Source: an uncultured Anaerolineales bacterium (GTDB lineage: Bacteria > Chloroflexota > Anaerolineae > UBA7937 > B3-Chlor). Taken from it: a DNA stretch of 64,000 bases. A program made the position numbers and the translations under genes. The first letter of the stretch is position 1, and each line of letters starts with the position of its first letter. The notes beneath the pieces were generated by a model, which did no database searches, was not told the DNA's origin, and was given only the letters and a program-made list of their open reading frames with translations. The stretch is from positions 4,787 to 68,786 of the forward strand of contig CAYGAW010000055.1 of the NCBI GenBank assembly GCA_964347945.1. Reading direction: 5' to 3'. Positions 34,018 through 41,523 of this stretch are shown piece after piece.

Positions 34018-35325
34018 GTGTATCGCTTAGCTATGCTGAGTGTTCACACCTGCCCGCTGGCAACGCTGGGTGGCAAGGAGACTGGCGGGATGAACGTCTA
34101 TGTTCGAGACCTCAGTCGCGAACTGGGGCGTCGAGGCTTCCACGTGGACGTTTTCACCCGGTCGCAGAACCCAGATATGCCACAGATTGGCGATTTGGGA
34201 CCCAACGCCAGGGTGATACATCTCAAGGCCGGCCCTGAGGCCCCGTACGACAAGAACCTGGTCTATTCGCATCTGCCGGAGTTCGCCAGCAACCTGAGGG
34301 AGTTCGTAGCGGGAGAGAACATCGCGTATGACTTGATCCACAGCCACTACTGGCTCTCCGGAGTCGTGGCTCGACAACTGCGGGCTGAGTGGAACACGCC
34401 GGTGTTGCAGATGTTCCACACCCTGGGAAAGCTGAAGAACCAGGTAGCCAGGAGCACAGGACAGCGCGAGACGCCCCATCGTGTGGAAACAGAGCGCCAG
34501 ATAATGAGTTGTGCCGATCGACTCATTGCCGCCAATCCCCTTGAGAAGGCTCAAATGATCTGGCTCTACGGGGCAGACCCAGCCAAGATTGATGTGATCC
34601 CGTGTGGAGTCGACATGACTCTTTTCCATCGTATCCCACGAGACGAAGCCGAGGCGTACATAGAAATGCCCGAGCATCATAGAATGGTGCTCTTCGTGGG
34701 CCGGATCGAACCCCTGAAGGGGATAGACGTGTTGATGGAAGCCATGGCCCTCGTTCTGGAGCAAATGGATGAGCTGCGCGACGAAGTCTGCCTGTGCATC
34801 ATTGGCGGTGATCCAGATGGGGGCGTTGACACGGTGAACCAGGAGATGTCTCGCTTGCAGCAGATGCGAGAGCAGCTGGGCATTGACGACGTGGTCACTT
34901 TCCTCGGCAAGAAGGCGCAGGATGCGCTACCCTATCACTATTCCGCTGCCGAGGTATGCGTCGTTCCCTCCCACTACGAGTCCTTCGGAATGGTCGCACT
35001 GGAAGCCATGGCTTGTGGTACGCCGGTTATCGCGTCCAAGGTAGGAGGCCTTACCTTCACCGTAAGAGACGGACAGACCGGCTTCTTGGTGCCCAGTGAT
35101 GATCCGAGGGCCATGGCCGATAGGTTGCGCCTGCTGTTGGCGGATGAGAAACTACGATCGGCCATGGGGCGGCAGGCCATCCAACTGTCTCAAAGGTACA
35201 GCTGGACCGCCGTCGCATCTCAGGTGGTGGCCGCATATCGCAATCTCGTGGCCCAGGCCCGTGCCGAGATATGCTGTAGAGATGGCGATGAGCGAAGCGC
35301 GACACGGGCAAGCTGCTGTGAGTGA
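34018..35325 (+). CDS. GT4 glycosyltransferase, MshA-like
   Basis: LAMLSVHTCPLATLGGKETGGMNVYVRDLSRELGRRGFHVDVFTR and a C-terminal ESFGMVALEAMACGTPVIASKVGG (E-X7-E region). Confidence 0.75.
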   Translation: MYRLAMLSVHTCPLATLGGKETGGMNVYVRDLSRELGRRGFHVDVFTRSQNPDMPQIGDLGPNARVIHLKAGPEAPYDKNLVYSHLPEFASNLREFVAGENIAYDLIHSHYWLSGVVARQLRAEWNTPVLQMFHTLGKLKNQVARSTGQRETPHRVETERQIMSCADRLIAANPLEKAQMIWLYGADPAKIDVIPCGVDMTLFHRIPRDEAEAYIEMPEHHRMVLFVGRIEPLKGIDVLMEAMALVLEQMDELRDEVCLCIIGGDPDGGVDTVNQEMSRLQQMREQLGIDDVVTFLGKKAQDALPYHYSAAEVCVVPSHYESFGMVALEAMACGTPVIASKVGGLTFTVRDGQTGFLVPSDDPRAMADRLRLLLADEKLRSAMGRQAIQLSQRYSWTAVASQVVAAYRNLVAQARAEICCRDGDERSATRASCCE

Positions 35326-35362
35326 CCGGGGCGTCTGGCTCGCGTCTCTGTTGGATCAGCAA

Positions 35363-35390
35363 AGAACCCCCTCGGAATTGAGGGGGTTCT
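35363..35390. terminator. Bidirectional hairpin terminator between the GT4 gene and clpX
   Basis: 11-bp perfect stem AGAACCCCCTC/GAGGGGGTTCT with a 6-nt loop, in a convergent intergenic gap. Confidence 0.7.
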
Positions 35391-35413
35391 GCACATCAGG
35401 GCCGATGATTTGC

Positions 35414-36670
35414 CTAGGCCGTCTCAGACCAGTACGTAAGCTCCGGCCTCGCTTCTCCGGTAATAGCCTCCCTGGTGATCTCGCACCTTCGGACATTCCC
35501 CAACGAGGGTATCTCGTACATCACATCTAGAAGCACCTGCTCGATGATAGTACGCAAACCTCTCGCTCCTGTCTTGTACTCCAGGGCCTTCTCGGCCGCC
35601 GCTTCCAAGGCGTCATCCGTGAACAGCAATTCCACGTTGTCCAAGGCTAGTAGTTTCTTGAACTGGTTCACGATGGCATTCTTGGGTTCGGTGAGTATGC
35701 GGACCATTATCTCTTGGTCCAGGGGCTCGACGCTCACCACCATCGGCAAACGCCCCACAAACTCCGGTATGAGGCCGTATTTCAAGAGATCGTCGGCGAT
35801 AACCATTCGCAGCAGTTCGGCCGAGGTCAGTTCCGCCTTTCCCCGCGCCTCCCTATCTTTGAAGCCTATGGGTCTCTTGCCTCCCGCCCTCTCACCAACT
35901 ATGGTGTCCAGCCCCTCGAACGCTCCACCACAGATGAACAGCACGTCGGTGGTGTCCAGCTGGATGAAGTCTTGGTGAGGATGCTTCCTTCCGCCTTGCG
36001 GCGGGACGTTGGCGACGGTGCCCTCAATGATCTTCAGCAATGCTTGCTGGACACCCTCTCCGGAGACGTCGCGGGTGATGGAGGGGTTGTCGCCGGCCTT
36101 GCGCGCCGTCTTGTCGATCTCGTCTATGTACACAATTCCTGTCTCGGCGCGGGCGAGATCGTAGTCCGCAGCCTGAATCAGACGAAGGAGGATGTTTTCC
36201 ACGTCCTCGCCAACATAGCCCGCCTCGGTCAACGATGTAGCATCGGCGATGGTAAACGGGACGTCTAGGATCCTGGCCAGCGTCTGGGCGAGCAGCGTCT
36301 TGCCGCAGCCTGTGGGGCCGATGAGCAATATGTTTGTCTTCTGTAGCTCCACGTCGTCAACAAAAGATCCAGCGAAAACCCGCTTGTAGTGATTGTAGAC
36401 CGCTACACAGAGCACTCGCTTGGCCTGATCTTGCCCAATGACATACTCATTCAGCCGTTTGTAGATCTCTTTGGGCGGGAGTATCTTGCCCACAGCCATC
36501 GGACTCGTAGGAGTAGATGGCTCCTCTTCCGTCAGGATCTCCTGACAAAGCTCAACACACTGATCGCAAATGTTGACCGACCCTGGGCCAGCGATCAGGC
36601 GCCTCACCTGATGTTGTGGCCTGTTGCAGAATGAGCAGTAATGCAACCGCTCCGATGTCGTGCTCGTCAT
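35414..36670 (-). CDS. clpX: ATP-dependent protease ATPase subunit ClpX
   Basis: N-terminal zinc ribbon (CSFCNRPQ...CDQC), Walker A GPTGCGKT, and IVYIDEIDK. Confidence 0.95.
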   Translation of the reverse strand: MTSTTSERLHYCSFCNRPQHQVRRLIAGPGSVNICDQCVELCQEILTEEEPSTPTSPMAVGKILPPKEIYKRLNEYVIGQDQAKRVLCVAVYNHYKRVFAGSFVDDVELQKTNILLIGPTGCGKTLLAQTLARILDVPFTIADATSLTEAGYVGEDVENILLRLIQAADYDLARAETGIVYIDEIDKTARKAGDNPSITRDVSGEGVQQALLKIIEGTVANVPPQGGRKHPHQDFIQLDTTDVLFICGGAFEGLDTIVGERAGGKRPIGFKDREARGKAELTSAELLRMVIADDLLKYGLIPEFVGRLPMVVSVEPLDQEIMVRILTEPKNAIVNQFKKLLALDNVELLFTDDALEAAAEKALEYKTGARGLRTIIEQVLLDVMYEIPSLGNVRRCEITREAITGEARPELTYWSETA

Positions 36671-36678
36671 GGCCCCTT

Positions 36679-37275
36679 CTACTCCTCCTCGGAAGGCCCC
36701 GATAGTACCTCGTCGATGATGCCGTACTCCACGCCCCCCTCAGCGTCCATGTAGTAGTCACGGTCAAAGTCCTGAGCGATCTTCTTCACGGTTTGCCCAG
36801 TGTGCTTGGATAATATCTCGTGGATCTTGTTTTGCATTCTCAGCAGTTCCCGTGCCTGGATCTCCACATCGGGCGCGTAGCCCCGAACACCCCCGCCAGC
36901 GGGGTGCATGTGTATCGTACTATTGGGTAGACCGTATCGCCTGCCCGGTGTGCCAGCAGCAAGGAGTACTGTGGCCAAGCTTGCCGTGGATCCCACGCAT
37001 ATCGTCGACACCGGAGCCTTGATCAACTGCATAGTGTCGTAGACTGCTAGGCCAGGGTAGATCAGACCGCCAGGACTGTTCACATACATGTGTATGTCTT
37101 TGTCGGGATCCTCCCGATCTAGGAATAGCAACTGCGCGATTATGACGTTGGCCACGCCGTCATCTATGGGCGTACCGAGAAAGACTATCCGCTCTTTTAG
37201 AAGCAGTGAGTAGATATCGTAGGCACGTTCTCCCCTGCCTGTAGACTCAATGACCATCGGAATCAGACTGTGCAC
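36679..37275 (-). CDS. clpP: ATP-dependent Clp protease proteolytic subunit
   Basis: [31 protein letters not shown] and the [14 protein letters not shown] catalytic Ser region. Confidence 0.95.
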   Translation of the reverse strand: MHSLIPMVIESTGRGERAYDIYSLLLKERIVFLGTPIDDGVANVIIAQLLFLDREDPDKDIHMYVNSPGGLIYPGLAVYDTMQLIKAPVSTICVGSTASLATVLLAAGTPGRRYGLPNSTIHMHPAGGGVRGYAPDVEIQARELLRMQNKIHEILSKHTGQTVKKIAQDFDRDYYMDAEGGVEYGIIDEVLSGPSEEE

Positions 37276-37324
37276 GCCATTACCTCCCCGGCAACTTGCC
37301 GTTCACATATACTGCGCAGCCTGT

Positions 37325-38695
37325 CTAGGAAGACAGGTTCTCGGCAGACGAGACGTTCCCCTCGCCGTCAGCAGGGGGTTCCTTCTCGTCCACTACCTCC
37401 GGACGCTCCTCCTCTCCGATCTTGCCTGAGGTCTCGCCAAGTCGCTCGACGACCTTTCGTCCGTAAAGTCGACTTCGGATATCGTCCTTCACTTGCTCGC
37501 TGTTCAAGAGTGCATCTCGCAAGGCCTGGGTGTCCCGGCCATACGCCTCAGTCACCCTGGTCACTTCCACCTCGATCTCTGAATCATCTACCTCAATGCT
37601 CTCTTCTTCCACGAGTTTCGCTAGGATGAGGGATTTCTGCACGCGCCTCTCCGCCGTTGGCCGGAACTCGTCTAGCAATCCCTCCACAGTCGTGTCCGCA
37701 GTGGCCAGATATCCTTCCAGGGTGAAACCTTGATTTTGCAGGTCAAGCGCGAACGTTCTGACCATGGCCTCCAGCTCCCGATTCACGAACGCAGGCGGAG
37801 AGTCTACGGTAGCCTGCTCTACGAGGGAGTCCAGGAGTTCCTCGGCGAGGTCATCCTTCTGATTGGCTTCCCGCCTAGCCCGCACATCTTCGCGGACCTT
37901 CGCCTGCAGTTCGTCCAGACTGGCGAAGCCGCCCACCATTCTAGCCAGCTCATCATCTATGTCGGGGAGATTCTGCTCTTGCAGAGTGTGAAGGTGCACC
38001 TGCAGCGAAACCTCCTGACCAGCCAGATCTTCATCATCGTAGTCCTCAGCGAATGTCACGGTAAAGCTCTTCTGCTCGCCTGGCGAGACTCCCACCAGAT
38101 GGTCGGCGAAGTCAGCCACTGGAGAGTCCGCATCTTCCCGCAACTCATACTCTTGCTGCTCGAGCTCCAACACTACCCGATCCTCGAGCCTTCCTTCGAC
38201 GTCCACCAGGGCGAAATCGCCGATCTCTGCCGGCCGATCCACAGACACCATCTCGGCGTACTGCGCCTGAAGGTCCTGCAATACCTCCTGCACATCATCA
38301 TCCTCGACGTGGATCTCCTCCATCGCCACGGGTATGCTGCGGTAGTCACCTAGCTCGATGACTGGTTCCAGAGACACCGTCATCCGCAAAGTCAACGGCT
38401 CCCAGTCGGCAATCTCGAAATCGTCAAGCTGAATAGGTTCTAGACCGCTCTCCTCTACTGCCTCATCATAGACTGCTTTTCCCAGGTCATCTATGACCTC
38501 TCTGACCAACGCCTCCTTCCCCACGCGCTGTACGATAACCGCGTGCGGAGCCTTGCCTCGGCGGAAACCAGGGATGTCAACTCTCGTGGCCAGACGCCTC
38601 GAAGCCGTCCTCAAGAAAGGATCCAACCACTCGTCTTCGACCTTCGCCGTCAGAATGGCTTGTCTGCTTTCTATCTCCGTCGCGGAAACTTCCAA
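37325..38695 (-). CDS. tig: Trigger factor
   Basis: IPGFRRGKAPHAVIVQRVGKEAL motif, acidic multi-domain layout, and position upstream of clpP-clpX. Confidence 0.9.
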   Translation of the reverse strand: MEVSATEIESRQAILTAKVEDEWLDPFLRTASRRLATRVDIPGFRRGKAPHAVIVQRVGKEALVREVIDDLGKAVYDEAVEESGLEPIQLDDFEIADWEPLTLRMTVSLEPVIELGDYRSIPVAMEEIHVEDDDVQEVLQDLQAQYAEMVSVDRPAEIGDFALVDVEGRLEDRVVLELEQQEYELREDADSPVADFADHLVGVSPGEQKSFTVTFAEDYDDEDLAGQEVSLQVHLHTLQEQNLPDIDDELARMVGGFASLDELQAKVREDVRARREANQKDDLAEELLDSLVEQATVDSPPAFVNRELEAMVRTFALDLQNQGFTLEGYLATADTTVEGLLDEFRPTAERRVQKSLILAKLVEEESIEVDDSEIEVEVTRVTEAYGRDTQALRDALLNSEQVKDDIRSRLYGRKVVERLGETSGKIGEEERPEVVDEKEPPADGEGNVSSAENLSS

Positions 38696-38720
38696 CTCTG
38701 TGGTTCAACCCCCTCAGATT

Positions 38721-38729
38721 ATTATATCA
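38721..38729 (-). promoter_or_regulatory. Extended -10 promoter for tig
   Basis: The reverse strand reads TGaTATAAT about 26 nt upstream of the tig TTG start. Confidence 0.45.
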
Positions 38730-38763
38730 CAGAACGCATGAATCTTGTAGAATGGCCAGACGG

Positions 38764-38788
38764 AGAAAAGGGGCCTAAAACAGCCCCC
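38764..38788 (-). terminator. Putative terminator after the tRNA-Leu/tRNA-Gly unit
   Basis: The reverse strand reads GGGGC-TGTTTTAG-GCCCC followed by TTTTCT. The stem is short (5 bp). Confidence 0.45.
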
Positions 38789-38800
38789 TGCAAGCACAAG

Positions 38801-38873
<73 letters not shown>

Positions 38874-38888
38874 TTGTTTCAATCCCTG

Positions 38889-38970
38889 TGGGGAAGGTGG
38901 GACTCGAACCCACACGGATTGCTCCACGTGATCCTAAATCACGCTCGTCTGCCAGTTCCGACACTCCCCC
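38889..38970 (-). tRNA. tRNA-Leu (anticodon TAG)
   Basis: Hand-folded: acceptor GGGGGAG/CTTCCCC, anticodon stem CGTGA/TCACG with loop TTTAGGA, a long variable arm (TGGAGCAATCCGT), T-arm GTGGG-TTCGAGT-CCCAC. 82 nt. Confidence 0.9.
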
Positions 38971-38979
38971 GTTTCTACT

Positions 38980-39008
38980 ATTATACCACGGATTCGCGGT
39001 CTGCACAA
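38980..39008 (-). promoter_or_regulatory. Sigma-70-type promoter with extended -10 for tRNA-Leu/tRNA-Gly
   Basis: The reverse strand reads TTGTGC, a 17-nt spacer, then TGgTATAAT followed by AGTAG. The tRNA 5' end lies 10 nt after the -10 element. Confidence 0.55.
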
Positions 39009-39094
39009 TGTTGGTCAGCCAGACTCATGCCGGATCTCCCCGGCGGTGATCCTGTCCCAGAATCGTGTTCCAGAGACCAGGTTTCCGAGGCTGC

Positions 39095-40045
39095 TCACCG
39101 AGTTCTGACAAAGTGAAAGAAGTTGCTGAAGATGCGGTCCTGACTGCCGTCGTCCACCTGGTACCCCTTGCTTGCCATCTCAGCGGCGTCAATGCCGATG
39201 TCGGCCAACCACGGAGCTCCCAGGAGCACGCTCTCAGCGAGGCGCGCATCATATTGCGGATTCGCTTGTACACCCCAGACAGGCAAATCGCGATAACGAA
39301 ACACTTGGATTGAAACAAGATCCGAGGAGGCTAGATTCACGCCGCCGGGTGGCAGCTGCGTCACTTGGTCCCCATGCCACAGGAAGGCGTAGAATCGTTC
39401 GTTGATGCCGTCCAGCAGGGGATCGCTGAGGCCGTTCTCGTTGATGGTGACCTCAAGCCAGCCAACCTCGAACTGTGGACTCCGCTCGACCCGCCCTCCC
39501 AACCAGTGCGCCAGCAACTGGTGCCCCAGACATATCCCGAGGACGGGCACCCTTTGGCCAATCGCCTCCATCACCCGCTCGCGTTCCTCCTGCAAGAAGC
39601 CGACGCTGTCGAACTGGCTCGGGGGGTATTCGCCTCCTGACAGAATCACTGCGTCGTACTCCGTCAGATCGGGAATCGGGTCGCCATTGTAGGCGAGGAC
39701 AGGCACAGATGAAACATCGTTCTCGGCCAGCACTCGGTCAACCTGCAGGAACCGCGAGGGGCCGTGAAGGATCACCACTGCCTCCAGATGTCCCCGTGGT
39801 GTTGAAGTCGGTGTGGGAGATGGTGTCGGAGTGGCTGTGGGGGTAGCAGTGGGTTGTGGCGTCGCAGTGCTCGTGGGTGTCGATGTGGGGAAAGGCGTCG
39901 GTGTCGGTGTGACCGTCGGCGGAGCCAATGAATCGATCCGTTCGCACGACACCGCTAGTGGCAGCAGCACGAGAATTCCGCATACCAGCAAGCCTAGAAT
40001 CCCACAGTACGACCTCCCTCGCCATCGCCAATGAGCGCATTCCAC
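39095..40045 (-). CDS. Lipoprotein with a Pro/Thr-rich linker and a degenerate class-I glutamine amidotransferase domain
   Basis: Lipobox LAVSC, about 45 aa of TPTPTP-type linker, then a GATase1 fold with VLGICLGHQLL. The nucleophile Cys is kept. The G-V-Q-F-H-P-E motif reads GVQANPQ, so His and Glu are replaced. Confidence 0.65.
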   Translation of the reverse strand: MECAHWRWRGRSYCGILGLLVCGILVLLPLAVSCERIDSLAPPTVTPTPTPFPTSTPTSTATPQPTATPTATPTPSPTPTSTPRGHLEAVVILHGPSRFLQVDRVLAENDVSSVPVLAYNGDPIPDLTEYDAVILSGGEYPPSQFDSVGFLQEERERVMEAIGQRVPVLGICLGHQLLAHWLGGRVERSPQFEVGWLEVTINENGLSDPLLDGINERFYAFLWHGDQVTQLPPGGVNLASSDLVSIQVFRYRDLPVWGVQANPQYDARLAESVLLGAPWLADIGIDAAEMASKGYQVDDGSQDRIFSNFFHFVRTR

Positions 40046-41349
40046 AATGGCAGTATTCTATCACACGACGCGCGTCGAAGGCTACCTACAGCTCGTTCGG
40101 CTCCGCGGCATTCTCGAACCCAAATCCGGCTGAGAGACGCGAGTAGTTGCAGCATTTGAACCAGGCATCCGGATGTCGTGGGCTCAGCTTCTGGGATAGG
40201 CTTGGAGTTCAAGCTGGCATAGGCGTCGCCGCGGCCCGCTCCCTGGCTATTCGCTTCAAGACCCAAGTCGACGGCTGCGCCCATGATCAGCTGCTTGATC
40301 TCTCTCGGGGTCAGCCCAGGGTCAGACTCCAAGAGAAGCGCAGCGACCCCCGCAGCGTGAGGGGTGGCCATGCTTGTACCCGAAGCCTCTGTGTAAGCGA
40401 AATTGAGGGCGTTACCAAGAGATGTGTCGTGAGCCCGGCACGAGACGATGCCCGCTCCAGGGAAGACCACATCCGGCTTGACACGGCCGTCGGCCGTCGG
40501 TCCCCTCGAAGAAGCCTCAAGAATGTTATCATCGTCGGTGGAGGCTCCCACGGTGATTACTTGACGTGCACAGCCCGGCGGCCCGATGCTACCTGGAGTC
40601 GGCCCAGAGTTGCCGCCCGCCGCACAGACCACAAATCCACGCTCTGCCACCAGATCGGCGGTTTCCGACAGGGCATCAGTGCCGTCGCCGGGGGGAGGTC
40701 CCGACAGCGAGAGGTTGATCACATCTACGTTCTGCTTGACGGCCCAGTCAATGCCGGCCATGACATCGCTCATCAGAGCGGAGCCACGGCGATCCAGCAC
40801 CTTGGCTACAAATAGCTGTGCGGCCGGCGCCACACCTCTATACTTGCCGCCAGAACCTCTGCCGTCTCCGGCGGCGATGCCAGCCACATGCGTCCCGTGA
40901 CCGTTGAGATCTGACATACCCTCGCCTGTGAAGTCGGCCACCCCGGTGATTCGCCCGGCGAAGTCCGGATGCTCCAAGTCGATTCCAGTGTCGAGGATGC
41001 AGATTCCCACCCCCGCGCCCTCGTAACCCTCGTGCCAGACACTAGGCGCCCTGATGACCGAAGTACTCACGTCGAGACAAGCATGGACCGGCAAGTCGGG
41101 CCAGATTCTGTCGATGTCGGGCTCACGGCTGAGGGCCTCAATCTCAGATGGCGCGGCAGACAAGGCTACGGCCGGAACCACACTCAGCACCCTGGACGGA
41201 GGCTCTGGCAACCGAGCCGCTTCGATTGCCTTGCTCTTGGCAATGTGCTCCTTATACTTGACGATGATCCGGATGCGATGATCACCGGGCCGAGATGTCA
41301 TCTCCTTGGCTAGGACCTGATGGATTCTACTCCCCTGCACTCCCATCAC
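39994..41349 (-). CDS. Subtilisin-like serine protease (peptidase S8) with a propeptide-like N-terminus
   Basis: Catalytic triad contexts ILDTGID (Asp), NGHGTHVAGIAAG (His) and SGTSMATPHAAGVAALL (Ser). No obvious signal peptide. Confidence 0.85.
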   Translation of the reverse strand: MMGVQGSRIHQVLAKEMTSRPGDHRIRIIVKYKEHIAKSKAIEAARLPEPPSRVLSVVPAVALSAAPSEIEALSREPDIDRIWPDLPVHACLDVSTSVIRAPSVWHEGYEGAGVGICILDTGIDLEHPDFAGRITGVADFTGEGMSDLNGHGTHVAGIAAGDGRGSGGKYRGVAPAAQLFVAKVLDRRGSALMSDVMAGIDWAVKQNVDVINLSLSGPPPGDGTDALSETADLVAERGFVVCAAGGNSGPTPGSIGPPGCARQVITVGASTDDDNILEASSRGPTADGRVKPDVVFPGAGIVSCRAHDTSLGNALNFAYTEASGTSMATPHAAGVAALLLESDPGLTPREIKQLIMGAAVDLGLEANSQGAGRGDAYASLNSKPIPEAEPTTSGCLVQMLQLLASLSRIWVRECRGAERAVGSLRRASCDRILPLWNALIGDGEGGRTVGF

Positions 41350-41523
41350 CTCTGAATGTACTGCTGTTTCGCACCTTCTAGACGCTGATCAGTATTGGGC
41401 GTGCCATGCAGTCTCGCGCACCGATGAAATGATCCCCACTCCTCAGCTGGCCCCTTTGGGCACACCCAATGAACTGGTCAGCACGGGGATCCACGCACTG
41501 CGATAAGGGCCGAACCAGCATCC

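Noticed and set aside
39810-39960. Repetitive GTG/GGT/GTC-rich DNA that looks like a tandem repeat or spacer-repeat array. Similar stretches occur at about 46690-46800 and 51750-51850.
   Set aside because: On the coding strand these are imperfect ACC/CCN codon runs encoding Pro/Thr linkers. There are no regular repeat-spacer units and no cas genes, so they are neither CRISPR arrays nor non-coding satellites.
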